Assembly: GCF_964204645.1 (NCBI RefSeq)
Contig: NC_134035.1
Span: 10,138,451 to 10,202,450 of the forward strand
DNA length: 64,000 nt
Source of the DNA: Tubulanus polymorphus
Lineage: Eukaryota > Animalia > Nemertea
Reading direction: 5' to 3'
The notes beneath the pieces are model-generated. The model made no database searches and was not told the origin of the DNA. It was given only the letters and a program-made list of their open reading frames with translations. The translations under genes were made by a program, and so were the position numbers. Shown piece by piece: positions 1 through 12,752 of this stretch (the stretch's first letter is position 1; each line of letters starts with the position of its first letter).

Positions 1-62
1 AAGGATCATTTAAAAACAACTTTCAACAGAAACCCTGAAGCTTCTCATCATAAAATACGTAC

Positions 63-1155
63 CAGTATGCGTGCGAATATGAACGTACATATTGCTGTAG
101 AATTTGGTCGTGTATGGACATAGTAGACAAGTGAAGATTTTACTGTTCTTCGGATTGTGGGCCTTCTCCATGTGTCGGTCGAGGTTGATCTGCGATTTGA
201 ACGGGCGTCGACAATGACGGCACATGTAATCGTGGATCGGTTCGTTGGTATGAATGTCCGTCGTCGTCATCGCGCCGTTCGGGTACGCACCGCCGTACGC
301 CGCCGCGCGCATGTCCAACGAGTCCTGAGCGTCTAATTTCTCCTGTTTGATTTGAGCCGTACTCGTGCTGAAATCAATCGGGATATCCCCGCCGACCATA
401 CCCCCGGCCACGCCGCCGCTGCTGCTGCTGTTCATATTATTATTTTGTTGCTGTTGTAGTTTTTGATGATTTTGCGGCGAGTGCTGCGTAGGTGGCGCTA
501 CCGCGTGCATCGACGGGTACCCGTTCATCGGTACGGCCGTCGGCGAGCTGAGATTCAACCCGTTGTGATTCGGCGTCATAATTCCCGGTTCGGTTTTGAT
601 GTTCAACGGCATATTGTGCTGCTGTTTCATCTGCTGGTGCTGGTGTTCGATTTGTTGTTGAATTTGTTGTTGGAATTGTCGCTGGTTCTCCTGAGTTTGC
701 TGCTGCAACTGTTGCAAGTGATACTGTAACTGCTGCTGTTGTTGTTGAAAGTCCATCGCGGTCGGGAACGCGGGCGGCATTTTCAGACCGTTCAATCCCG
801 GGAAATCATTCGCCGTGTCGGCGTATTTAATGCGTTGATCGGCCTCTTGGTGGCGTTGCGGCGTTAAGTCCATGCCGTTATCTTGGAAACTAGCCTCGTC
901 CTTGACGACGTTCATCGGTATCGGACTGTCGGGATCCGACTCGCCTTCCGAGTTCATCTCGTCGTTCGACAGCTCGGCCGCCGCCTCGTCGGGCATTCGC
1001 ATTATTCCGTTCGGATAAAAGTCTTTGCGCTTATTCCGCGGCCGATGCGAGAACATGTCGGTCATCGCGCACGATTTGATCGAATCGGTGTCCTGGGTAC
1101 CGCCCAGGAACGAGTTAGGCATCGTTTGTCCTATACTGCACATAGCCGAGTCCAT
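63..1155 (-). CDS. First coding exon of a Q-rich C2H2 zinc-finger transcription factor (3' partial, continues left of the window)
   Basis: Within ORF 10..1191(-); first ATG at 1155 (MDSAMCSIG). Two canonical fingers: YMCRHC-x12-H-x4-H (228-157) and FTCLLC-x12-H-x3-H (135-67). The reading ends at HTG followed by a phase-1 donor G|GTACGT (63/62), the usual intron position in the TGEKP linker. Also a polyQ region, PIDFS (CtBP-like), IKTE/IKQE (SUMO consensus) and RPRNKRK (NLS-like). Confidence 0.92.
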
Positions 1156-1246
1156 AGTACGTAAATCGACGCGTTTAAAAAAAAAATACACTTGAACGCA
1201 ACACGTATTTTCACGTAATCAACGATTCCTGCTTCTCATAGAACCT
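1156..1246 (-). other. Splice acceptor and 5'UTR portion of the coding exon
   Basis: Minus strand reads gtgtcgtttcag|GTTC (AG at 1246-1245), 89 nt upstream of the ATG. This implies an upstream non-coding exon. Confidence 0.7.
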
Positions 1247-1714
1247 GAAACGACACGAATAGTGAAAATGATTACAATACTGAATATTGTCATCGACGTT
1301 AAACATGATTATATATAACAAACATATGCACAACGCGTGCACACGTACGGTTCATACACTCTAATATCGCGTATCGAGCAATGAAAATATCTGCAAACGG
1401 TAAAAATATACACAAATACTATTAAAATCAAACAATGGATCCGAAAAGCGGCAGATGTATGTTTTTACATATATATCTATATACGCTGCGATTTTTTTCA
1501 TAATTACACCGATCTTTTTTATACCCCGCCAATACCAGATGGCTCAAAAAAGTATTCGAACAATTACGTCAGCGAGGCTCGAAACTAAAAACCTGTCAAT
1601 GTCGTCAATAATCATACACTCGTTCATATTGATTACTTTTATGATAAATTAGATATTAGGATATTAGTGATGGACCAAAAAATGTGTCTGTGTAAAAATG
1701 TCTGTGTACAAAAT

Positions 1715-1968
1715 CCAACTATAACAATGAAAAATGACGGTAACATAGTCTGATAATGTTTCCCCGAGGTAGGAGTTTATTTGATGTTTTAACTATATTC
1801 TAATAGTCATCTTGAGGAATACTGAGTTGCAACAGATATTATGAAATGCATATATTCAATCCAGATACTACCAGCCCAAGGAAACATTTTTGGACTTAAT
1901 ATCATTTTTTTCGTTATGATCCTCAACATATTATCGCCACAACACAGATATACAGTGTTTTATCAATA
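1715..1968. mobile_element. Hammerhead-bearing foldback element, family G (decayed)
   Basis: Inverted arms (tagtctgataatgtttcc / ggaaacatttttggact). Minus-strand hammerhead relic at 1778-1821 (TATTC CTCAAGA T GACTA..TAGTT AAAAC ATC AAATA). Tail caacacagatatacagtgttttatcaat. Confidence 0.7.
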
Positions 1969-3036
1969 TTATATAATATCAATTATATATATTATATATA
2001 TATATCTATATTAATCTTCTAAAATGTGCTCATACCTTCTACAGATCACTATTATTCCATATATACGCGAGCATAAAAAACATGAATCAATCCGGGCAAA
2101 GATGACTCGAGTGCTCGTGAAGAGTGAAGTCACTTCTAACTGAACCTGATACCAACGTGAATATATTATGATGTATGTAGGCACTACTTGCATATATATA
2201 CACACCCAGAGGGCTTGGCTCGGAAAGTTTTTCAAATATCATAATAGTGTGGCCACAAAAACTCTTTCGCGTAGACATACTACTAACATCTCTTAAAGAT
2301 TGCCTGTATTGTGTAAGTCGATGTAACAAAACTCTCTGAACGAAAAGCGAGGACAATTAAACTCGCCCCATGAAAGAATTCTGTATAGATCAGCCAGCTA
2401 TTGTCTGTCCATCTATGTAATACCGGAGGCGTCTAGCCATCATACTAAGAAAAGATCCATTAGCCCCTGATATATTAATTGAGTTATAGTAAGCTTAAAA
2501 GTAAGTAATTCGAAGTGTGTGATCAAATAAGTAATTGCTTAAGCTAATGATTAGTGAAAATATCAGGCCCTTGAGCTTGTGTCATTTTAGTGTTTGCGCT
2601 ATTGTATTATCTATGAATGACTACGGTGTATTTTTGGGATTTGTAGTATTTTGTCAATCGAAATTAAGAAACAGATAAATTCTTACAATAACAACTATGA
2701 ATAGATAGCTGATTAATTTCCCTGTGGCTTATTTCGGAATTATATGTTCAGAAGAATCGTTATTAGGAAACGAACGAACCAAGTTTTGAAAAAATTCTCA
2801 GTCAATGCCGCGAGACCCGCTGTTACTGTCATATTGTTTTAGATTTCTGATTCGCCAATAGACATATTCCGTGTGCTTGGTGATTACACAGATAATTGCC
2901 AATTACTAACAGCAATCTCTGATACACAGAAGTTTCTTCTCAGAATAAAAAAAACATTTTTTTTCTGTTCTCTTCTACTTTGTATCGACGATGCATTAAC
3001 TAAACGAACGAAAAAACAAGTCCTAGGATCAGTCCA

Positions 3037-3300
3037 CAGGGTGGCAACCTTCCACCAATTTGCAAATTCCCTGAGTTTTCGCCGACTTTTCCAATTTTCC
3101 ATGTTATAAAAACAAAGGAATTGAAAAAATCCAAGGATTTTCTTGGCCTGAAATGTTACAATTTATCAATTTCTTATGAATCACATAGTGATAAAGAAAT
3201 GCAAGGTCAATAACAAATCCGAATTCCCTGAGTTTTCTCGTCTTTTTTTCTGCAAAATTTTTCAAATTCCCTTAAGTTTTCCATGTTTTCCAGCATACTG
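3037..3300. mobile_element. hAT-like MITE related to family A (CAGGGTGGC end, internal ttccctgagttttc repeats)
   Basis: Starts cagggtggcaacc and repeats aattccctgagttttc. Similar relics at ~18600-18712 and ~21070-21247. Confidence 0.55.
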
Positions 3301-5501
3301 TTATTAGCCTCATCACACTACCTTATTTAGAACGTTCTAAATCAGAGTCTGTTCCAATTTTAACTGCAACGGACTAAGCGTTCACACTAGTGATTAGTCT
3401 GTTCTTAATCGGTCCATTCCATATAAATAATGCGAAAAGTTCTCGGAAAATGAATACGCTTTAAATCAGTCTCAGTAAACGTGATCATCATGACAACTTG
3501 AAACCATCAAATATTCATGTTCATATAGGTGGATATCGGTTGGATGTACCTTTAACGGGAGTTTAATGTATCCTATAATGAAGAGATTCTAATGAATGAT
3601 TGTTCCACAGAGACGCTTAGATATGAAATATTTTAATACAGATGTGTTTGCCGTGCTCAGTGCAAGAGCATATCGGTTTATATCAGAATATCTGTTAAAT
3701 GTTGTTTCATCGCACACGAACATTCTAATCAAATGTTAAAACCTAGTAACATCAACTTTGCAACATCAAAAAGTATCTAGTAAAACCACATTCATGCTAT
3801 CACTAGTTAGTTGATTTTAATTTGGTCCGTATGTACTTCAAAGGGACCAATAAGAACAGACAAAATCAATGCAGTGCGTTCATACACTTAAATCCGCTGT
3901 TATCAAAAGAAAAAATCTGCCGTTATCACCGGTCCAGCTTTAGTTGAAAAACCGATTGATTGACATTTAAAACAAAGTTTCTATTCACACATAACGAAAT
4001 GGTGCGTTCTAAAATCTAGAATGGACCTTGATCGGTCGAAATTTGTCCGTTCGAATTCAGCGTGAATCAAACTACCTAAAATAAGCATTTCGAATGTTCA
4101 TCAATTGGATTATTGGAAGTAATGCCTATACGGGATATAATAAATGAAATGAATTATGTAGAAAAATGTAATCGCAATGTCTCGCAGAATACGACTGTTA
4201 ATCTAAAATGCTTTGATTTTCCGATGCAGTAATGCAAGCATGAATAATAATACGTTTTTTTTGTGTCCGGTGCTGCAAATTGATCCGACGCAAAAAAAGC
4301 AGCGCGTGCAGCAGCAGCAGCAGCAGCGGCTAACTGACCTATGAGTCGTCGTAGTTGCATTGTTGGATGATTCACGATTTTATGAAATTGTACATGACAC
4401 GAGCCGCCGATTAAGTGCTGGCTTTGTTCGCCGTTCCCCGGGTCGAAGGGATGGGGGGGGGGAGGTTGGGGAGGAATACGATGCCGGCGACCGGTAGAGG
4501 GGAGAGGACGTACGTACGGAGGTGAAAAAAAAACCCGTCGACAAATCGCCGCTCAGTACGGTGGTGTTTGTATGTGGCACTGCCGTTGACATATAGAATT
4601 ATTCATAACTATGTTATCGAACGCAGTGTGCGTTACATAATCTACAATTCACCGAACAGAGAAATTGTACTCTGAAACCGGCGTGTATCATTCCATCGCC
4701 CCTTGAGGCTCTCACGGTGCGGGGCTGCAGCGTCGTCGGTCGATCTCGTCCTTTTTTCCGGACGACACGAGAAAAAAAAGCATATCTCGATATCTAGGCA
4801 AGAGAATTGTTTGCCTACCTGCCTGCCACGCGTGCGCGCAAATATCTATCGCAAAAAATTTACCAAACGGACGGACGTCATAGCAAATTGTATATGAGAA
4901 AAAGAAGATCATCTCATTCGGTATATGATTAACAGGAGAAAAAGAGATTTCTCTGGAAAACTTTTATTTCCCCAAAGATGATGTTTTATTCCATGCCCTT
5001 TTACTACATAAATAAATGATTTCCCCTCAGATCTCGACCCGCTTTAAAAAACGTAAAAAAATCTCGACGTATTTTTGAAGAATATCATTTTTCGACTGGC
5101 GCCGGATGGGACCGGTATTCGAATACGAGTCTCATCGCGATTCGGATTGTAAATTCATCCTACCCGGATCTGCACGAAAAAAAATAAAGAAATCTCGATG
5201 TACTTTTAAAGAATATCGTTTTTCCGCGTACGAAGCGGATAACGCTAACGGTCGAGTCGACGAACGGATTTTTTAAAATAACACGACACGGTTTGTAAAG
5301 TCAGACCCGTACGAGAAAAGATGAAAACAAACGGGATTCGGTTCCCATGAAATGTAAACGCGACGAACCGCGCTGCATTAATATCTGCATCGGGCCGAGA
5401 TTGGAAATGAGCAGTTTTTACAAAGACGCAAATTTAGTCATTTTCAGATTGACGACGATACATCATCTCATCATCCCATCCATATGAGGTGCATATTACC
5501 C

Positions 5502-5591
<90 letters not shown>
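5502..5591. repeat. (TG)n(TA)n compound microsatellite
   Basis: Directly visible. Confidence 0.98.
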
Positions 5592-5595
<4 letters not shown>

Positions 5596-6869
5596 AATAT
5601 ATATGTGTGCAAACAACGCTGCAGCTAGTCATCATCGTCGATAAATGAGAAAGCTGCACGATGCGAAAAAGATCTTTATGAATGAGAATTTATAGTACGG
5701 GGCCGCAGCAGCCGCTCTACGGTACAAACGAGAACAGACAATATATGAATCATCAGATGTGTCAACGAAGAAATACAATTTATCTAGTCATCGGTATACG
5801 TCGGATAATAGTCATAATTAATGTATGGAATGGATGGTGGATCGAGAGAGAGCGAGAGAGAGTGCCGTAGAGAGAGCATAATAGAAATCAGAGAATAGAA
5901 CAATGATCACAAAAAATCAGCCACATGTTTTCGTAGCGCTTGACATTGTAATTACACTGCGTTTGATTCCAGGGACATAAAAAAACCGTTTTGCCTATCT
6001 CTGAAAGCACATATCAATGCAGATGATACCCGTGATGTAATCAATGAATTGGCTTAATTCTAAATTCTTTCTTCGTTTTTGCAAAACATTCCTATCAATT
6101 TAAGGAGGAAAAACCCAACTCTTATATTATATTTTGCGGAATATACATCTTTTCAGGGATAGCGATTGAGGAGTCGAAGCAACGGCCGTCCCAGTCAAAA
6201 TCTGTACCAGTGACAAATTTGTGGGCTGGACTGAATCAACTCTAACCCACTCGCCAGAAAACTGCTCAGAGTTGAGGGTATATGTTCTGAATTGTGGGGC
6301 GTCTGTTCTGAGTTGTGGGGCATCTACGTCACCTTGCTAAGACAACTGATATCATTATGATGGTATCAGTGATAGAAATGTACTTATAATTTTAACATTA
6401 AGCTAGGTAGTATCCGTTGCCATTGAGGGATCAATGAAATCATATAGGCGGTGCTAGTGAGCGCGAGAGCAGAGATAGCGTTCATCTTTGTTCGCGACCA
6501 ATATAGCTAGGGACAGGTGAATTCATGCACACTTCTGTCATTGAATCAGAGCACTTCTCCAATAAATGCCAAGAGATCACGCACATGCCTGCAAGCTTAC
6601 CCAGAACAGGCAGCTTTTTCATTCACAATGCTACAATGTCCACACAATATTTGCATGATGGTAGCGGCCATTGAAAACTGCTTTTGTTTCAATCACAATG
6701 AAGAAGAAATATTTCAAGAAGCCATCTAAAATTTGAAAAGGCATTTAAAAGATATAAATGAAAGCCTAGGTTACATAATTACCTACTTTGAAGAATTAGG
6801 GATTGTTACCAATGGCAATATTATAGCACTTCGGAAATCTTACGTTTTGATCGTGCTAGGGACCTGGAT

Positions 6870-7325
6870 TCCTTAAAAAGTACTATCAGTACAAGTCTTT
6901 TCAGTAGCATTTTAAAGAAATGTGAAAGAAAATGTTCAAACTAATCAGTAATCAACAGTAAGACCCTCAGTTAAATTCTTCACATGCTTGTACATATCAA
7001 ACAAATCGTAATTCGTATTTCTTGGGACAAAAGTAACGAAAATTAATAGCTTAGCAATGGAGGTCAGAAAGTGTGATGGTGTTCACAAGATCACAGATCC
7101 AGGACTGTCAACCTTTAAAAAGTGCTATCAGAAACTAATTATTGGATCTTTTCAGTGACCTTACGTCGAAATATGAAAGAAAATTTTCAAATTCATCAAT
7201 CATCAATAGCAAGACCCTCAGCAACATTTTTCATATTTTTGTACTCATCGAACAAATCAATTCAGTAGATCTCGTTATAAAATATAGTAACAAATACTAC
7301 AAATCGGGAACCGTTGACAGTTCTG
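6870..7325. mobile_element. Two adjacent copies of hAT-like MITE family C; the better copy is 7100-7325
   Basis: TIR caggactgtcaac / gttgacagttctg with flanks cagatc / tagatc. The core gaaatgtgaaagaaaatgttcaaa..taagaccctcag is shared with 24674-24888 and 45242-45728. Confidence 0.7.
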
Positions 7326-9023
7326 TAGATCATCCATCTACGTCAACCGGCCTAAAATGATTATTTAATCGCTCACCTTTTTGTTCAAATAACATTAATA
7401 TTAATACATAAGAGCTATCATCGCGCGAACACATCGACTGTGATCAACTCTATGATTCTGGATAGTCCATTCATCCGACGAACTATGACGAACGAACAGG
7501 AATATATTTCACACTGAATCGGTTTATTAGTATCATATAATGTAATATAAACATCGCCTTGGGTCCACAAATACGTACGTATATTCACAACGCTTTATTA
7601 TCATTAGAACTGAATATTTATATTTGACTATACGAGGCGCACGCATATATAAATATCGAGCTATTATATGTTCATTTCAGTATAGGTATAGATTATGAGT
7701 GAAGTAGTTAATACACGAAATGACCGATGGCATACTTCTGAGTATATGCATCATTTGTGGGTTATACAATGCATTATCATTATGAGATGATTTATCATTT
7801 CGTGTAATAAGAGAGGATATTTTAATAACGTTATATCATTACGAAGTGGGGTGCGGTGTGGGGGGGTTAATTTCTTGGAATATACTCGACTAAAAGTGCT
7901 TACGTATTTAAATTTTAATCGGCTAATCTAATGTATTGGATGGATCATCTATGGAAATATACTCTCTTCATACATAGATAATAATGACCGATGATTATAA
8001 TTGTTGTCGGAGTCCTGATCATGGAAGATACTGAATGAGCAGCTGATAAACAAAATATTGATGAATAGAAAAAAGAAATGACCTTTTAATTGGCAGGTTT
8101 AACCCCATAATTGCCCAGTTTTATTAAAAGGCATAGTTTGCAATAAGAAAATGATAGAGAATGAACTAATTCCACTTTTACGTCAAATTCCAACTACTTT
8201 TTATATAGAATAAAGAATTTTTGACGATATCTAAAATATTGAGTATGATCAAGTGACTCTTTGTCATATTATGACAGCGCGCGCGCGACTTAATATTTAG
8301 ATTTTGCTGATACGCACAAAAGCCATTTATATCAGTGATGTAATGAGGTACACATTGGGATAATTATGAAAATCCTACATTCATCTCAATAATTAATGCT
8401 ATATAACGCCGTAAGTGGCTGGAGACAATCAAAGTTCAAATTCGACAACGGCTATTGAAGATTTGAAATTACGCAACTAATTTCAATTACCTATATAATC
8501 CCCTTGTGCGCAAGACTATAAATATCATATAGATATAACAATAGGCTTTTAAAAGATTTTCACAGGTTCCTCGGATAAACCGCCTCCAGTTTCTTAGTGA
8601 TGTCTTGTGCTGTGGACAATAAACGGCAGATGGAGTGAATAGGTGCGTACTACACAGACAGCGTCTCACTATTGAAGGAGCTAACATTGCGTAAGATGAA
8701 CGAATAAGAAGAAGCCAAACTGTTTGCCAATTACTAATATATACAGGCGCGTGTTGCCAAAGAAACCGAAATTGAGAAATTAACCATCTTTTGATTCTGA
8801 GAACTAATCATAACCTTTTTAGCAACCGAACCCGACTTTCTTGGTTTCTCCCTTAGTAGTTAGTTTTTAGCCACAAATAAGTCATTTGACAACGAGTAGT
8901 TTAATCAAAACTAGGCGAGAAATCATTCAGATTTTCAGATTTTTAGATATCTTCGGTAAGAGAGAATCTGACAATAATGACGAAAAACGAAGTCCGGAAA
9001 TGCTCCTAATAGGGCTGGTAGTT

Positions 9024-9067
9024 TATTCGAAATTTCGACTATATTCAAAAAGTCATCTTCAGGAATT
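9024..9067 (-). ncRNA. Minimal type-I hammerhead ribozyme motif; best-preserved family G copy (element ~8955-9130)
   Basis: Minus strand: (A)AUUC-CUGAAGA-U-GACU(uuuugaauau)AGUC-GAAA-U-UUC-GAAU(A). Core intact, stem II 4 bp, stem I AUUC/GAAU, NUH = UUC. The stem III palindrome ACGU is mutated to AUUU. Confidence 0.65.
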
Positions 9068-9821
9068 GGATGAGTTATCAATGGTAATTACTCTCAAATA
9101 GTAATAGTACAGTCATATCAGTGTTAACTATGTGAAGAAACGAATCCAGGTGGAAAATCTTTTCGGAAATCAAAAACGAAAAAAAAAAAACGAAGCAAAG
9201 ACATTTCACAACGAGCACCGCGTTTCTGCGATGATGGATTCGATTTGTAACTCGCGCAGGAAATTGCAAATTCGAGTCAGGATTCGGCGATTACGTCGAC
9301 TCTCCCAGGAGCGAGAGGTAGCGACACCGATTCGACGGAATATATCGCCGCGGATTTAATGGAAGAAATGAAAAAAAAAAAAAAATAACGAGAAATAATA
9401 TATTCAACGATGATCGAGCCGCCGCTGCTGCTGCAGATTGATTCGCAATCTCACCGATAGATTTCGTCCCCCTCGATCGCCGCGCCGAGTTGTGAATGGC
9501 TCGGATTCACCGGCGATACAACGACCCCCCGGTAATTAAATACGCGACAACCGAGATTTCTCGAAAAAAATCTCCATCGCTCTGGCCCCAACCCGAGTAT
9601 CGAAATGAGAAAGGATGAGACAAAAATCATCGCCCCAAGAGATAAGATAGATACGGACGATTTTTTTTCGCGAAGTAAAATATTCTCTCGATTGCGTAAG
9701 GAATACCCCGCGCTCGTGTCGTACGCCGCAATCGAAAGCCGAGAATTATATTCATTCTCGTCGTCATCGCGCGGACTGAAACCAGGATCGGGTGCCGAAT
9801 AAAACGATAAGTTTCGCTTAC

Positions 9822-10600
9822 CTTAAAAAAGACGTTCTCCGCGCGTGTCGCGAAAAAAACCCGAATACGTCGTCGACGACATTCACGAATATTCATGCGC
9901 AAACAATACGTGCTTTGCGTAATCCCAGCGCGATCTCGTTTCCCGTATATAATCCACGCGAATTAATGCATTCGGACGCGTTTTCTGGCGTCTCCGAGGC
10001 TTTCATCCATTCACCCGTGATCGTGCACACACACACTCACTGACGCTCGCAAAAACTACTACCCGAACGCCGCTGCTACTACGACGACGTAAAATTCATC
10101 GTCATTCGTTAACCGACTACTACCCGAGGCGTCGAATAACGTAAGCGGTAAATATCCGAAATATATCGCCGGTTGTATCTATCGCGGACACGCGGTGCTG
10201 GTGCTGCTTACTACGAGCGGTGCCTCGTCGCGGCTTAAACCCGTGGCTCTGATCGCTGGCTGCGCCGACTTATAGTACTCTACTCTCGTACGGACGGACG
10301 ATGCGACAAAGCACGACAGTCTTCTCTAATGTCCTATTGATGAATAATCAGTCGATCAACATCATACTCACTAACACACACACACACACTGACGACGCGC
10401 GGCTACGATGCGCACAATTGACGGCTGTATCCGTCGAGTGTCACCATCTACTGGCCGCGCGACGAATCGAACCGCGACTACCTGAGCGAATCGCTAACGA
10501 CGATGGGTTGGGTTTTGACGTTTCCCGTTCGCCGGCGCGAACAAAAGATCCCGCACAACAATAAACGAGGGTTGGTCTTATATATCGGTGTCGACCAATC
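9822..10600 (-). promoter_or_regulatory. Candidate promoter and non-coding first exon of the zinc-finger gene
   Basis: Lies in a CpG-rich island (~9150-10900). Consensus minus-strand donor AAG|GTAAGC at 9822/9821, TATATAAG on the minus strand at 10584-10577, CCAAT at 10595-10599, TCAGT Inr-like motifs near 10040 and 10390. Confidence 0.35.
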
Positions 10601-11840
10601 CGACCGGGTTTTGTATATTATTACGAATACCCGCATTATCATCGTCGTCGGTCGCGACGGATGATGATGCGGACCGAGAGCGAACGGCGTGATTTTTCGA
10701 AAATTTCTTTACTATCGCGTCGAGAGTCTGGAATCAAGAAAATCTTTTCAACGCGCGTACAATTACTTATTTCTTCGCTCGTTCTTCGACGAAGGCCATT
10801 ATTTCGCGACTATACAAACCGGTCACAATCGGGGGGGACCGGTTCTATCAGCGGCGAAAGAAAAAGCTTTTTGTCAAAGATGACGGAGAAAAGTAATACC
10901 TTCCCAAAAATCTGTGATGATTGTGTGTACGCAGGGTTTAGAATATACGGGTATAATTCATACCTCGGCCATACCCATAAAAATAACAAAACATTCTCTT
11001 TCCGAACGGAGACGCATTATTCCGAAATCTGAAATCTGCCACAAAGTCTATACGAATTAACGTTTTTTTTTTCTTTCTTCGAAGAGACAACATTTAAATT
11101 CAACGGAATCTTAAGAGCCTTAAGTTTGATTAGTTTCTGATCCGACACCGGCGGTTGTTGCACTAGCAGATGAACCAACACAGCTCGCAGCGAATCAACT
11201 TCGCCTGAACTTTCCGAAAACCTCTCCGCCGCCGCCAAACGTTCAAACGTTGAATATTTGAAAAAGAAGTTTTTCATTTCTAATTTAAACGCGTCTGTGT
11301 GTGTGTGAGTGTGTTTGCGTTAAAACAATTCTTAGTTTGTTTTGTGATTACGAAGCCGTTCGATTTTGTTTTCTTTGTAATTTAGTTTAGCACAGGTGTA
11401 CGAGATTATCGTCGAAGTGAATTTCAACTCATTTCGAGATTAAAATATAAATGAAATTCGTCGTCGTCGTCGTCGTCGTCGTCGACACAGACGGACATTA
11501 AAAACATGCGGGCGAAGTATTAGAATCATTTCTCGATGAAAAACTATTCGTCTTCAATTAGAAAATTGCCATCTACCGAGAAAGCTGTTATCATCCGTCG
11601 TTGAAAACTTTGAGCGAGACATTTCAATTTCAATCTATTTCATATGAAAGCATGAAGATCTTAAGACGAGGGTGGCTGCTTTTATTTGACTGGCTTTTTT
11701 CCCCCGGTTATATTTTCCGGGTAACTTTCAGAGGCCCTGTACGGGCTTCGCACCTTTCGGCGCTCGCGCAGCTCCGGCTACGAAGTACATTTGCCCTTTT
11801 TTCTTCTACGCCCCTTTGAAGAAATCCTAGAAGCGCCCCT

Positions 11841-11972
11841 GGGCCCAGTTTCACGAAAAAGTTTATGCCTAAAACGGTTAAGTTTGAATTGTTGTCCTCA
11901 TCGAAAACGTGAAGCAACCAATGCCAATTACACCAAAAATTTGAGTTTAACTTTTTTTGTGAAGCCGAGCCC
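11841..11972. mobile_element. Short GGGCCCAGTT-ended MITE (second copy ~50516-50640)
   Basis: TIR gggcccagtttcacgaaaaag / ctttttttgtgaagccgagccc. Internal sequence recurs at 50516-50640. Confidence 0.6.
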
Positions 11973-12648
11973 AGAAAAACTTTCATTAAGTTACAACTTT
12001 CTCAATAGATTCTCTTTAGAAATAACTAGATTATCATTTTTTGGCTCAACACTTATTAACACTATTGATACAATGACACAGTCCATAGTATAAGTATTCA
12101 ACAGATAAATCAGCTATTATCGCCGAGTGATTACGATTTTTTCCATAAGCCGTGCGAACAATAAGGTTACTGTTATTGCAGACAATAGACAGATGTCTCA
12201 GACAGTCATAACCCTCACCTTTCTATAACTCTCCCCCCCCCCCGCCCCAACCCTCCAGCGCCCGCGCGAACACATGAAATAATAAGTAATAATACTAATA
12301 TAATCTTTTCATCACATACTCGCTCAGTATTTACGAAACCATCTGTTGCCATAATAAAATCTTTCCATCCAGATAGATAAATATAATATAATCATCTCTG
12401 TATGTGACAATACGAACAATAAGAAATGTGTTCTTTAAGCCATCTGTCTATATTTATATTATTTTCATGTTTATAATGTATATATATATTAGCACAGTTA
12501 GATATGAATGCGAGATATTAATCGTAAACATCAGATGCCGCTGTCGCTGAAACACGGTTAACTGGTTATCATAATATCCCGTAACTCATGGACTGAAAAC
12601 GATCTCGTCTCAGGTGAATGGAGTCCAACCTAATGTACGTAACTAACA

Positions 12649-12752
12649 TAGGGCGGCCACTTTTATTACCCCGACTATTCCCCGACATGCCTGTTGTTTT
12701 TCCTGACTTGATCGGCTAAGAATCCTACCAATTAAGGTAAGTGACCACCCTT
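12649..12752. mobile_element. hAT-like MITE family A, internally deleted copy
   Basis: tagggcggccactttt ... gtaagtgaccaccct, matching both ends of the longer copies. Confidence 0.65.

Noticed and set aside
10-62. C-terminal extension TYFMMRSFRVSVESCF and the non-ATG start at 1191 in the ORF track
   Set aside because: The extension is intron read-through past the donor at 62. The first real ATG is at 1155.
463-1164. Plus-strand ORFs 463-729 and 883-1164
   Set aside because: Antisense shadows of the zinc-finger exon.
4448-4474. G-quadruplex-capable G run
   Set aside because: Poly-G runs are frequent in this window (e.g. ~22766, ~45396), and nothing suggests this one is functional.
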